A stretch of DNA of 64,000 nt from the NCBI GenBank assembly GCA_039024635.1, contig JBCCQA010000005.1:103729-167728 (forward strand), read 5' to 3'. Origin of the DNA: Myxococcota bacterium. GTDB taxonomy: Bacteria > Myxococcota > Kuafuiibacteriia > Kuafuiibacteriales > Kuafuiibacteriaceae. The notes under the pieces were generated by a model. The model was given only the letters and a program-made list of their open reading frames with translations, had not been told where the DNA came from and did no database searches. This document shows positions 1 to 9,553 of this stretch, one piece after another; the first letter of the stretch is position 1; each line of letters starts with the position of its first letter. The position numbers and the translations under genes were made by a program.

Positions 1-298
1 ATCGCCGAGACCGCGAACGTGTAGGCGAACCTGACCGCGTCCACGTGCTCCTGGATCACGACTTGGCCCGTCCACTCGTCGGCCTGGGAAGTGACTCCGT
101 TTCGGCTGAATCCAAGGCCCTGAGCGGTCGTGTAGTCGGCCGGATACGCCCAGGCCGCCAGATGCATGCCGCCGGTCGTCGAGAGCGCGTAGGCCGACGC
201 CAGGGCGCTCCTGGGCACCTCTCCAGTGAACCGAGCCCGGGGGTGATAGGCCGCCTTTCGGGTCGGGGGCGCCGTGAGTCGCCTCTCGTCGCCGATGC

Positions 299-1180
299 TC
301 ACGACACGCCTCCGATAATGGCCAGGCTCAGGATCGCGACCTGAGGGAGCCGGATGATCTCGAAGACCGCGCCCTCCTTGGAGGCCTCCTCGACCTGTCG
401 GTCCGAAAGGTGTCCGACCGTTAGGGTCTGAGTGCCGTCGAAATCGACGTCGGGGCTCTGGCTCCCGAAGGCTCGGATCGCTCGGGTGAAGATCCTGCGG
501 CCACCGGGCGCGAAGGCGGCGACCGCGTACAGGCCGAACGCAAAGGCCGACAGCGTGAACGGCTGCCCGAAGAAGTAGAGCTGAGTGTTCGAAGTGAAGA
601 GAAACCGGGGCGGCTCAGTCCCGACCGTCCAGGTGTTGGTGCCGACCTCGCTGGTCGGGGCCAGATCGACGTCGGTGCGCTCGCCTCGGACGTACAGGAT
701 CGCTCGCTGAAGCTCCGGAATCGGCTGAGGGCTCAGCTCCCAGGTCCCAGACATCGCCACACCATTCCCGAGGCCGTCGAACGTGGCGGAAGCGACCTCC
801 TGGGGCTCGGTCTGGCCGTCGCCTAGCCCAAGGGTGAAGCGACTGTTCGGCGTGCCGAAAGCGAAGCACCGGACCCCCGCGGTCTTCCAGCCCGGGCGCC
901 GAGGGACGACCCAGCGGGTCAGCTCTCGGAAGCGTTCAGTCGGCGTGAAGAGGAGCGCGTTTCGGTAGCCGTTCTCCGGAGCCGGGTCGTCGAGGCCGAA
1001 GGCGCTGTCGTCGAAGTCACCCGGGAACGAGACCGACAGCATCATGCTGGGCTCGATGCGCTGACTGTTGCTCACACCGGCCAGGGTCCGGAGAAGCTTT
1101 GCGCCGCCGGCCCGGCCCGAGGCGACAGCGTCCGAGTCCAGGGCCCCGATGCTGAGGGTCTCGATATCGCGAACGCTCAT
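299..1180 (-). CDS. Phage distal tail / baseplate-associated protein (hypothetical)
   Basis: 293 aa ORF with normal composition, immediately downstream (and overlapping by 4 nt) of the large tail protein, in the tail module. Confidence 0.4.
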   Translation of the reverse strand: MSVRDIETLSIGALDSDAVASGRAGGAKLLRTLAGVSNSQRIEPSMMLSVSFPGDFDDSAFGLDDPAPENGYRNALLFTPTERFRELTRWVVPRRPGWKTAGVRCFAFGTPNSRFTLGLGDGQTEPQEVASATFDGLGNGVAMSGTWELSPQPIPELQRAILYVRGERTDVDLAPTSEVGTNTWTVGTEPPRFLFTSNTQLYFFGQPFTLSAFAFGLYAVAAFAPGGRRIFTRAIRAFGSQSPDVDFDGTQTLTVGHLSDRQVEEASKEGAVFEIIRLPQVAILSLAIIGGVS

Positions 1181-3486
1181 GCGTAGCTCCAGAGGGGGTC
1201 AGGCGTGGCGCCGATGGCCCCGGTTCCGACCGAGCCGAAGAAGACGTAGCGGTCCCGCTGATCGCCGGTCGCTTCGTCGGCCTCGGCCGTGATGATGGTG
1301 GTCCCAGGGGCAAGAGCGCCGTCGAAGTCCCCGTCGAGTTCGATCTGGTCGGACCCCGCACTGATGACCTCTTGGGTCAGGCCCGAGGCCAGGAGGACAC
1401 CGTCGGCGCCGATGAGCTGGACGACGTCACCACCTTCGAAGGCGTCGGCGTCTTCCTTGGGCAGGTCCTCCGCCGAGTCCGTCGCCGTGTACTGATTGGG
1501 CTCGACGGTCGCGGTGTTACCGCTCACCGAGGCCACGTCGGCCGCCGGCGCGATGCGGCCCAGCCGGATATCCGGGGCCACCAAGAGAGACAGCTCCAGG
1601 AAGAAGCCTCGGGCTGCGCTCCACTTCTCCTCGCGCTCGACACACTCGGCCCAGGCGTTCACGAACCCCCGGGCGCCCGTTGCCGTGTTGACGAGCCCTT
1701 GGAGCGTCACCCGAGCGCTCAGGCCAGGACGGAGATCCCAGAGCGCGGCGTCGGCCGCGATGTCGAGTCGCGTGCTGGGCCTGAACGTCCTCCAGAGTCG
1801 GGTCAGGGCTCGGGACTCCAGGACGTCGGCAGCGGCGTCATCGACGCCTGCGCCTCGGACCGGAAGCTCGAGGGTGTTGGCCTCGACCTCGAACTCGTCG
1901 GCGGGATCGAAGATCCGCCCGAAGCTTGCCCACGTGACGTTGACCTGCCGGTCTTGGCGTCCCAGCCGAAACTGAACCGCCGACGTCGTGGACTCCAGGT
2001 CCCGGGCCGCATCGACCTCGGGCAGGTGGTGGCCGGGCCCGATTCGCCGCCCGAACACCTGGTCCTGACCGATCGTCACCGTCGGGGCCTGCCCGTTCAG
2101 CGGGAGCTGCGGAAGGATACAGGTCAGCTTGCCGCCGATGCTGGTCAGGACGAGTCCGAAGGGCTTCAGGAACTCGGCATCGACCAGCTTCTCGAACGTC
2201 ATGGGCTCAGGCCCGAGGACGAACTGGGACAGGTCCCAGCCCGCGGCTTCGCCCTGCCGGAGCCGATAGAAGGACGAGTAGTCCACCTCCGAGGCCTTGA
2301 GCCCGATCCCGTACCCACTCGGCAGGCTGGCGAACGACCGGAGGTCGTCCGTCTCCATGGGGTTCGCGTAGGCGAGCCCGTCGTTCGGATTGGCCGAGCT
2401 GGTCGCGATGCAGAGGATTAGGTCGAGGACGTTCGTCGTCGGGGTCCAACCCGTGAGTGTCCCGTCCGCCCCCACCTTGGTCCGGAAGTCCCCGAGAGCC
2501 GCCGACTTCACGATCCTGTATGCCCCAGGAGCCAGCTCAGACCGCTTCGAGCCCACATGGGCGCGCTCGATGACCCGTGACGCGGTGAAGCGACCCGGGG
2601 CCCGGATGACGACGATCTCAGCCTCGGACTCGTCTCGCCGTGTGATGGCCACGGGCTCGCCCGTGATCCCGCCGCTGTCCGGGAACACGTCGAAGCGGGG
2701 GCCGCTCGAAACAACCGTGACGGCTGGGTTCTCTTCGGACTCGGCTTCGTCGAGGTTGGCCCGGCCGACCGTCGTGATCTCGAAGTCCGTCGGGGCTCGG
2801 GGCGTCCGACGCTTCCGCCAGTTCTCGGAAAGCTCGGCCTTGATGATCCAAGCGTTGTGATCCTCGCTGAACTCGACGCCCTTCACCCGGAAGGCGCCGA
2901 CGAGGACTCGGTCGGCGTCCGAGGTGGCCGACATCGGCGCGATGTAGAGCCGCGCCTCTCGATTCTTCAGGCTGTTGGGGTAGCGGTAGAGGCTCGTCCC
3001 TCGGGCGTGCTCCACCACCTGGGTTCCAAGCCAGCCTCGATCGACTGTCTCGGGCAGGCCCGTCACTCGGACGGCTTCTGCAGCGATCCAGTAGACGTCC
3101 CCAATCGTGGCGCTGAAGCCCGAGGGTAGAGGCACCGTGGTGGCTAGGGCCGACATCGTCCCCGAGAGCAGGGTCTCGGCTTCGGCGCCCAGCCGGAGCA
3201 GGTTCGTGACCTCGCCGTTGAAGTCCTGAACCGCCAAGGCCAAGGCGCCCGAGTCCTTGGTCACGCCGTACTTCAGCCAATCGAGCTGGCTGGACTGTAG
3301 GTCCGGGAGGGCGGCCAGGTAGGGACGCCACGAACCCTCCCCCGCGCCGAGGGCGCGAAGACGGTCGGGCTCGACGTGCGTCAGCCTCCAGGGGCCGTCT
3401 CGGTCGCCGAGACCGCTGACTTCGACCCAGGCCACGAAGGCGCGATCGTCCAGCTGAAGCTCGGTCTGAAAGTCAGACAATGACAA
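1177..3486 (-). CDS. Large phage tail protein (Tal / host-specificity-like)
   Basis: 769 aa ORF in the position after the Dit-like gene and downstream of the tape measure. It overlaps its neighbours by 4 nt and has a beta-rich composition typical of tail tip proteins. Confidence 0.5.
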   Translation of the reverse strand: MSLSDFQTELQLDDRAFVAWVEVSGLGDRDGPWRLTHVEPDRLRALGAGEGSWRPYLAALPDLQSSQLDWLKYGVTKDSGALALAVQDFNGEVTNLLRLGAEAETLLSGTMSALATTVPLPSGFSATIGDVYWIAAEAVRVTGLPETVDRGWLGTQVVEHARGTSLYRYPNSLKNREARLYIAPMSATSDADRVLVGAFRVKGVEFSEDHNAWIIKAELSENWRKRRTPRAPTDFEITTVGRANLDEAESEENPAVTVVSSGPRFDVFPDSGGITGEPVAITRRDESEAEIVVIRAPGRFTASRVIERAHVGSKRSELAPGAYRIVKSAALGDFRTKVGADGTLTGWTPTTNVLDLILCIATSSANPNDGLAYANPMETDDLRSFASLPSGYGIGLKASEVDYSSFYRLRQGEAAGWDLSQFVLGPEPMTFEKLVDAEFLKPFGLVLTSIGGKLTCILPQLPLNGQAPTVTIGQDQVFGRRIGPGHHLPEVDAARDLESTTSAVQFRLGRQDRQVNVTWASFGRIFDPADEFEVEANTLELPVRGAGVDDAAADVLESRALTRLWRTFRPSTRLDIAADAALWDLRPGLSARVTLQGLVNTATGARGFVNAWAECVEREEKWSAARGFFLELSLLVAPDIRLGRIAPAADVASVSGNTATVEPNQYTATDSAEDLPKEDADAFEGGDVVQLIGADGVLLASGLTQEVISAGSDQIELDGDFDGALAPGTTIITAEADEATGDQRDRYVFFGSVGTGAIGATPDPLWSYA

Positions 3487-4297
3487 CCCCGTCGATATCG
3501 GTCGCTAGACCAGCCACACGCGTTTGAAGGTTCACGGCCCACCGGTATGAGTGTTGACCGTCCCGACTCATGGGATCGTCGAGAGAGTCTGTCGTGAGGG
3601 TCTGAAAGCCCTGGCCGGCCGCCACGCGGGCCAAGTCCTCATATAGCCGGAACCGGCGTCCGGGCCGGATACTCTCCACCCAGGCGTGCTCGAAGGTGTT
3701 GGCCGGTGTCTCGCTGGCGGCGCGTTTCACCAGGGAGCGATCCAGAAGCTCCCACCCGAAGGCTCGCCGGGCGGCCGTGCTCCCGAAGTCCGTCGTGACG
3801 AGCCGTCCCGTGAGGGCCCGGGACTGGCCGATGTTGGCTTCGTCCTGAAGCTCGGAGTCTTCGCTGAGCGGCGCGCCCGGGAGCCACCAGCCTGGAAGGC
3901 GGCTTGGAGCCGTCACGATGCCGGCCGGCGGCGTCGTCGAGCCCTCGAAGCCAAAGACTGCCGGGTCCAGCGTCGTGGCCGGGTCCTCCCAGAGGAGCGT
4001 TATGAAGCCCGCGCTGATACTGGCTTGGATCCGAGGCTCACCCCCCACGAAAGTCAGCGACACCGACGGGATGAAGGTCAGGGCGTCGGGATGGGTCGCC
4101 AAACACGACTGAAGCTGGGTCAGCAGGTCGCCGTCGCCTGAAGCCCCGTCCGTTCTGCTGTCTCCGACAGGCCAGTAGTCCCGCCCAGGCTGAGCCGTGA
4201 AGGTACAGCTGGCCGTGAAGCCGCCGAGCGTGGCGCGCAGGACGTAGCTGGCCGCGTCGAAACGAGCTGGGTAGATGACGGCGCCGTTGGTGGTCAC
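3473..4297 (-). CDS. Distal tail protein (Dit-like) candidate
   Basis: 274 aa ORF immediately after the tape measure gene (stop/start overlap). This is the conserved Dit position in siphoviruses. Confidence 0.45.
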   Translation of the reverse strand: MTTNGAVIYPARFDAASYVLRATLGGFTASCTFTAQPGRDYWPVGDSRTDGASGDGDLLTQLQSCLATHPDALTFIPSVSLTFVGGEPRIQASISAGFITLLWEDPATTLDPAVFGFEGSTTPPAGIVTAPSRLPGWWLPGAPLSEDSELQDEANIGQSRALTGRLVTTDFGSTAARRAFGWELLDRSLVKRAASETPANTFEHAWVESIRPGRRFRLYEDLARVAAGQGFQTLTTDSLDDPMSRDGQHSYRWAVNLQTRVAGLATDIDGVVIV

Positions 4298-6054
4298 GCG
4301 CCCTCGGCCTCCAGCTGGTCTTGCAGGGTGCGCCGCATTCTTCGGTCTACGAGCAGCCCCCCGAACAGGTTCACGTTGACGGTACGGTTCGTGACCCCGC
4401 CGCCCTGGATGAGCTGACGATTGCCGACGGCGGAGCCTGCCCCGGTGGCGGCCGTTCGCTGTGCAGCCGAAGACTGCCCGCCGCCGCCCAGCGCTGCAGA
4501 AACGGCCTTTAAAGCCACGCCACCAGCGATCGCAACAGGGCCCAACACACTGCCTGCACCGAAGGCCTGAAAGCCCGGAATCACGGCGAGGGGAGAGAGG
4601 GTCAGAGCGGCGGTGCCGACCTGGATCATGAGGTCGCCCAGAAGGCCAATGATCCCCGCGATGAAGCGTTTCATGGAGCCCTCGGCTCCACTGAGGGCCC
4701 CGCCGATCGTGCTTCCCAGTCCACTAAGCACCGAGCCCAGAGAGCCGACCATCTGCTCGGCGGCGCCTCGGAGGATGTCGCCCGCCGTGATGATCTCCTG
4801 ACCGCCGATGAGGCCCATCTCCTGAAGCTCGTTCTGGACCGTCCTCGAGAGCTGCTGGCCCTTGAACCGGGCTAGGTTGATCATGCTGTCAAACTGGATC
4901 TCCAGCTGCTCAACAATCGGACCAAAGAAGCTGCCTTCTTTCTTCTGGTCGTCGTCTCCGCCGCCGGAGGGAATGATGCCTCCACCGGTCCGGCTAGCGC
5001 CAGGACGTCCGACGGAGACACCTGTACCCGCAGCCGCGGTCAGGCTGTTGGCCAGGTTCTCCAGCGCCTCGAGCGACTCGCGGAGCGCAGGATCGATCGC
5101 GGCCAGTGAGCCGCCGCCCGACGTCGGACCGCGCGCCGTGCCGTCCTCATTGAGCGGCGTAACGTCGCCGATGGTGGAGAGTCCAAGTCCTCGACGAACC
5201 GTCGCACGGAAGTCCTCCGCCATCTTGATGGCTCCGAGCATTCCATTGATGGTGCCGGCCAGCCCCTTCGCGATGGCACCGAAGAAGGTGTTGACGGCCT
5301 TCACGCCCTCCTCGCTGCCGAAGATATTCTGGAGTTCGATGACGAAGCCGGAGAGCGAATCGATGCTGGCGCTCAAGGAGCCTGACCGAGTCACGGCCTG
5401 GCCGAGGACTTCCTGAAAGTCGCCGGTGTTAGCCTCCAGGACCGCGAGCCGGGTGGCCAAGGTCTGACCGTTGGCCTCCGCGATCGCGAAGAGCCCGTTC
5501 AGCTGGCGCTGGGCATCACCCGCGTCCTTAGCGCTGATCCCGTAGCGAGTCAGTGCCGAAACCTGTCCTCCGAGGGCACGTGCCGCCAGCCGAGCCGCCG
5601 AGTTAAAGTCTGAGCCAGTCGCTTCGGCGAGGCCGATGGTCGCTCGGGTTGCGTTCTCCAGTTCGCCCGGCATGACCCCAAGGGCCGCAAGTGTCCCCTG
5701 GAGCTGAAGAAGCTGCTCGTCCCCGACTCCGATGGACTGCTGAATTGCGCCGTTGAAGCGCTGGAGGCTCTGGAAGTTTTCCTCTGTGAACTGGCCCCGA
5801 AGACGAATGGCCGCGATGGCGCGACGCTCAGCGCGCTCTTGCTCCGACGCCAGGTCGATGAGGTTGTCGATGGCGCCAGCGAAGGCACCGACCGAGCCGG
5901 CGACGAGACGATACGCCTTCCCCACCAGCTCCAGGCTCTGATTGATGGCCGTGGACGCATTGAGGAACGAGTTGACCGAGCGCTTTAGACCCTTGGTGAT
6001 CTCGCTGTCGTCGTAGCCGATCTTGATGAAGGGCTGTCTACTTCGCCGAGCCAC
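4294..6054 (-). CDS. Tail tape measure protein
   Basis: 586 aa protein rich in Ala/Gly/Ser/Leu, with long low-complexity stretches (for example GGVALKAVSAALGGGGQSSAAQRTAATGAGSAVG) and hydrophobic segments. It lies between the chaperone pair and the distal tail genes. Confidence 0.75.
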   Translation of the reverse strand: MARRSRQPFIKIGYDDSEITKGLKRSVNSFLNASTAINQSLELVGKAYRLVAGSVGAFAGAIDNLIDLASEQERAERRAIAAIRLRGQFTEENFQSLQRFNGAIQQSIGVGDEQLLQLQGTLAALGVMPGELENATRATIGLAEATGSDFNSAARLAARALGGQVSALTRYGISAKDAGDAQRQLNGLFAIAEANGQTLATRLAVLEANTGDFQEVLGQAVTRSGSLSASIDSLSGFVIELQNIFGSEEGVKAVNTFFGAIAKGLAGTINGMLGAIKMAEDFRATVRRGLGLSTIGDVTPLNEDGTARGPTSGGGSLAAIDPALRESLEALENLANSLTAAAGTGVSVGRPGASRTGGGIIPSGGGDDDQKKEGSFFGPIVEQLEIQFDSMINLARFKGQQLSRTVQNELQEMGLIGGQEIITAGDILRGAAEQMVGSLGSVLSGLGSTIGGALSGAEGSMKRFIAGIIGLLGDLMIQVGTAALTLSPLAVIPGFQAFGAGSVLGPVAIAGGVALKAVSAALGGGGQSSAAQRTAATGAGSAVGNRQLIQGGGVTNRTVNVNLFGGLLVDRRMRRTLQDQLEAEGA

Positions 6055-6420
6055 GCTTCACCTCCCGGTAGTGGGCTGCTCGAAGGACCCCCTTGGCCTC
6101 GACCTCGAAGGCGCTCAGCCGATCGATATCCTCGGGACAGGCGTCCACGTCGCCGCTTCGGAAGCGGGCCACGGGCCGGACCAGCTCGGGCATTGAGGCC
6201 AAGACGAGGGCCGGGTGGATGCGGAAGCCCACGCCCCGGCCGTCCTCGAACACGTCCCCGCCGTCGTCCCACGGGACGCCTTCGTCATGCTTGTCCCAGC
6301 GGCCGGCGAGAGTCATGGGTTCGAGGATTCCTTTCAGTCGCTCCGTATCATCCGGCGGTGAGTCGAGGGCTCGAAGGTCCGGGAGCGCGTCCTTCGGGCT
6401 GGCTGTTGCAACCCACCTGA
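6038..6420 (-). CDS. Possible frameshift extension of the tail chaperone (gpGT-like, +1/-2 frame). It could instead be an independent 92-aa gene starting near 6316.
   Basis: The second frame of the 6038-6856 ORF becomes protein-like (acidic, balanced) only from about 6410 downward. This overlaps the last ~20 codons of the chaperone ORF. The frame offset is +1 relative to the chaperone. The overlap contains ctg-ccc-ggg-ggc-gtt. Confidence 0.35.
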
Positions 6421-6932
6421 GAACGCCCCCGGGCAGGCCCGAGCTGGTGGCGCTTGATGATGGCCTCGACCAGGAGCTTGGCCAGCCCCAGGTCGAAGTC
6501 GACCAGCTCGGCGGGCTTGGGGACGGGCTTGTCGAAGCCCCGCACCTGAACACCGCAGTCCCCGAGAACTCCGCGGACGTACTCTCGAAGTCGCTTCGTG
6601 GCGCTGGGGGCCAGCTTGTTCTCGTACAGCTCGGGGGCCAGGTCCTTGTTGAGCCCTTTCCGGAGCGCGGCCACTTCCTTGGCGTTCTCGGCCGCCATGT
6701 TGACCCCGGCCTGCACCCAGCCGTCGAGGACGTCGCTCGCCACCATGCGGAACTCGATGGCCGCGTCCTCGGCCTCGAACTGCTCCACCAGATCGGCGGA
6801 GTGCTTCTGGGCCTTGGCGAAGGCGCGGTCACCCACCCCGCCCTCAATGAAGTCATCGCGGTCCGGCTGGGGGACGACCTCGGCGAAAGTGACCCAGTCC
6901 TTGCTTCCCAGCGTTCGTGCTTTCAGTCCCAT
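6348..6932 (-). CDS. Tail assembly chaperone (lambda gpG-like)
   Basis: 194 aa acidic protein sitting between the major tail protein and the tape measure. Its last ~25 residues look non-proteinaceous, which fits a frameshift near its 3' end. Confidence 0.55.
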   Translation of the reverse strand: MGLKARTLGSKDWVTFAEVVPQPDRDDFIEGGVGDRAFAKAQKHSADLVEQFEAEDAAIEFRMVASDVLDGWVQAGVNMAAENAKEVAALRKGLNKDLAPELYENKLAPSATKRLREYVRGVLGDCGVQVRGFDKPVPKPAELVDFDLGLAKLLVEAIIKRHQLGPARGRSQVGCNSQPEGRAPGPSSPRLTAG

Positions 6933-6935
6933 GGC

Positions 6936-8090
6936 TCAGGCTCTCCCGAGCACGAACCGGCGGGCGGCCGTGCCTTTCTTGGTCCGGAAGGTGACGCTCT
7001 GCATGTCGCGGCCCCCGTCGTCTCCGGGCCCATCCTCCGTGACCTGGACGGTTGGGATATGGAGCGCGAACGAGGCGGGCCCGGTCCCGATCTGGACCGT
7101 CAGCGAGCCCACCCCAGCAGAGCGTCGAAGCGCCGTGTAGGTCTCTTCGAAGGGGATCTGGATCTGGACAGTGGGATGCATGTCCATGACCAGGTGACCG
7201 GATCGGAGGTTGAACTCTCCGATGTCCTTGCGAGCCGCCGCCGTGAGCTGGAAGTCCACGTTGATCTCCGAGATCCCGGAGAGTCGCTGGCCATTGTAGA
7301 AGACCCGGGCCACCCGAAGCGGCGTCGTCGGGGTGCTGCCGGTCTGGATGTCGGGCAGCGTCGCCCGGTCGATGGCCGAGTCGATCTTGTCGTCGGCCAT
7401 CAGGGTCATGTTGAGGAGCGCCTGAGCCTCCCCAGAGGCCGCGATGCTCGCCGACGTGGCTCTCAGACCAGGAAGCTCGTAGAGGTCACCGTTCGTCCCT
7501 CCGCGGTCGTAGGCCGCGTAGAGGGTGGGCTCGCCGTCGAGGCCTTCCGCCGGCGCCCAGTTCCGGACGCCTTGGACCAGGTCCGGGGTGATGTCGAGGG
7601 TTCGGTCCAGCGTGACGTCGGTTCCGCTCACGGCCGTGACGTAGGCCCAGCGCCCTTCGCCGCTCGACGTGTTGCGGAGGTACAGGAGGGCGCCTGCCGC
7701 CAGCCCCGTGACGGCCGCGTCGAGCGTCAGCGTGGTCCCGGTGACGGAGCCGCCTTCGCCGCCGAGGCTGGTCGGCGGAGCCATGATGTTCCCCACCGCG
7801 AAGTCGAAGTAGTCCGCCGCGGGGGGCGAGACACCGTCCCCGATTCCGGCGGCCTGGAAGCCCACGACCTCCAACCCGACCTGGAACTCGGCCGAGCGGG
7901 GACCCGACATCGCGGGCGGCTCACCGATGGTGCCGATGACGGTGTTCCGCTCGATGAGGGCGGCGCCATCCGAGAGGTCGCCTAGATTCTCGACCGGAAC
8001 AGCGACCAGCTGGCCGGCGCCTGGGTTCTCGGCGTAGTTGGCCTCCTGGGCCCAATGGAGTCGGCGGATGCGGGTTCTGGGGTCTGCCAT
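6936..8090 (-). CDS. Major tail protein
   Basis: 384 aa beta-rich protein directly upstream of the chaperone pair. This is the conserved siphovirus gene order. Confidence 0.55.
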   Translation of the reverse strand: MADPRTRIRRLHWAQEANYAENPGAGQLVAVPVENLGDLSDGAALIERNTVIGTIGEPPAMSGPRSAEFQVGLEVVGFQAAGIGDGVSPPAADYFDFAVGNIMAPPTSLGGEGGSVTGTTLTLDAAVTGLAAGALLYLRNTSSGEGRWAYVTAVSGTDVTLDRTLDITPDLVQGVRNWAPAEGLDGEPTLYAAYDRGGTNGDLYELPGLRATSASIAASGEAQALLNMTLMADDKIDSAIDRATLPDIQTGSTPTTPLRVARVFYNGQRLSGISEINVDFQLTAAARKDIGEFNLRSGHLVMDMHPTVQIQIPFEETYTALRRSAGVGSLTVQIGTGPASFALHIPTVQVTEDGPGDDGGRDMQSVTFRTKKGTAARRFVLGRA

Positions 8091-8092
8091 GG

Positions 8093-8527
8093 TCAGTCTT
8101 CCTCGTTGATGATGACGGTCAGCTCTATCGCAGCGAAGCTGTCGTTCGGGTCTAGCGACTCAGCGGTCAGCCGCTCAATGATCCCGGGCTCCACGAACTG
8201 GATCCCCGGGCTCCATTGCTCCTTGCGCTCAAGGGCCCGAGCTATTCGTGCCGCCTCTCGGACGGGCCGAACCTCGGACTCGAATGCCCCCTGGCTGCTG
8301 AAGCCAATCAGGATAGCCGCGGTGTACTCCGCCCGGGCTGGGTCGTCCGCCGGCTCAAGCAGTGCGTCACGAGTCACACCCACGAACTGAAACGCGCGAT
8401 CATCGACGTGCCCGCCGTACAGCAGATCGCCTTTATCCCGAAAGCGGTAGATCTCCGTCGGCTTGGAAGGCGGAGTTACGCCGGCCACAACCTCGCCGAC
8501 CTCACGGAGGGCGGTCTCGATGTTCAT
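8093..8527 (-). CDS. Tail completion / terminator-like protein
   Basis: 144 aa ORF between the head-tail genes and the major tail gene; 4-nt overlap upstream. Confidence 0.4.
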   Translation of the reverse strand: MNIETALREVGEVVAGVTPPSKPTEIYRFRDKGDLLYGGHVDDRAFQFVGVTRDALLEPADDPARAEYTAAILIGFSSQGAFESEVRPVREAARIARALERKEQWSPGIQFVEPGIIERLTAESLDPNDSFAAIELTVIINEED

Positions 8528-9324
8528 GGCACCACCCCACGGGGCGGCGCAAAGCCGATGGAAGGCGGTTGGATCTTTAGGTCCGAAACCAAGTCGCCGT
8601 CTAGGTCGTACTCGAAGCGAGAGACGCGGGACCAGGCAGCCTTGAGGTCTCGGTCGAAACGCTGGGCCATCCGGGCGTTTGGATCGGTCTCCTCATCCCG
8701 ACCCGAGCTGGCCGAGCGGTACAGCTCACGCAGGGCGACAAGCAGCAGAGGGCGCCGGAGAGTAACGCGGTTCAGAATGAGGGCGCCCCGAAGGAAGCGA
8801 CGGCGTCGACCGTGCGCTGGCCACGACTCGGCATCCCCAAAGGCGCTCGTCTCGTCCTCGGCGACCTGATCGCGAATCATGCCATCAAGCTGGACAAGGG
8901 CCCGGTGGCGCAGGACCTCCCCGTACTCGTCGCGGGTCATAGAGACCTGCCCTCCTAGGTGTTCGACGATCCGACCAGCCTCGGGGTGCTCTAGGAGGAT
9001 GTCGTCGAGAGAGACGTCCGCCTCGAGGGGCCAAGCCACGACGTCGAACACCTCGACGTGGAAGCCGTCGTTGTCCCACGCGACCTGAACCTGGCAGCTC
9101 TCTCGGTTCTCGGACGTGGCCGCAGTCGTTATGCCGCAGTCGATGAAAGTTCGGCCGCCGTCCTGGCCTACGTTGGCGACCGCACTGCCCTGAAGCTCAG
9201 TCCCGTCTCGGTCCTGAACCACGAAGGTTGCCGCTGTCGCAGGGCTTCTGGGCCAGACACGAACCGCGCCGGCCACACCGCGACGCAGCTCCTTGCGGAT
9301 ATCGTCCCGCTCAAGAGTCGGCAT
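8524..9324 (-). CDS. Head-tail connector / head closure protein (hypothetical)
   Basis: 266 aa ORF between the capsid and tail modules, coupled to its neighbours. Confidence 0.35.
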   Translation of the reverse strand: MPTLERDDIRKELRRGVAGAVRVWPRSPATAATFVVQDRDGTELQGSAVANVGQDGGRTFIDCGITTAATSENRESCQVQVAWDNDGFHVEVFDVVAWPLEADVSLDDILLEHPEAGRIVEHLGGQVSMTRDEYGEVLRHRALVQLDGMIRDQVAEDETSAFGDAESWPAHGRRRRFLRGALILNRVTLRRPLLLVALRELYRSASSGRDEETDPNARMAQRFDRDLKAAWSRVSRFEYDLDGDLVSDLKIQPPSIGFAPPRGVVP

Positions 9325-9553
9325 CCTTCGCCTTCTCTCGTCGCTTCCGCTGGGCCGACTTGGCGGCGTCCTTAATCCGCTGGTCGACGATGTCGACGCG
9401 GGCAGGCTGCTCGTCTACCTCGGCGGCTTGCTCGGGGGTGGCTAGACCAATGATCCAGCCACCCCGAGACTTCCACCAGTTCAGGCGTGCCTCGGGCACG
9501 ACATGGAGGCCGTAGCGTCCAATCTCGCGCCCTATGTACGCCCGAGCTGCCAT
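9311..9553 (-). CDS. Small phage protein (hypothetical)
   Basis: 80 aa basic ORF. Its start abuts the capsid gene stop and it has a Lys/Arg-rich C-terminus. Confidence 0.3.
   Translation of the reverse strand: MAARAYIGREIGRYGLHVVPEARLNWWKSRGGWIIGLATPEQAAEVDEQPARVDIVDQRIKDAAKSAQRKRREKAKDADS

Noticed and set aside
6038-6856. Full 272-aa ORF as an independent gene
   Set aside because: The N-terminal ~150 residues are Ser/Pro/Trp/Thr low-complexity and overlap the chaperone gene. Only the last ~120 residues look coding, which is better explained by a frameshift extension or a short independent ORF.
6093-7985. 630-aa plus-strand ORF (and other long plus-strand ORFs at 1372-2421, 17397-18545, 19328-19936)
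   Set aside because: They lie antisense to well-supported phage genes. Their composition is Arg/Gly/Pro/His-rich, as expected from high-GC antisense frames. No motifs were found.
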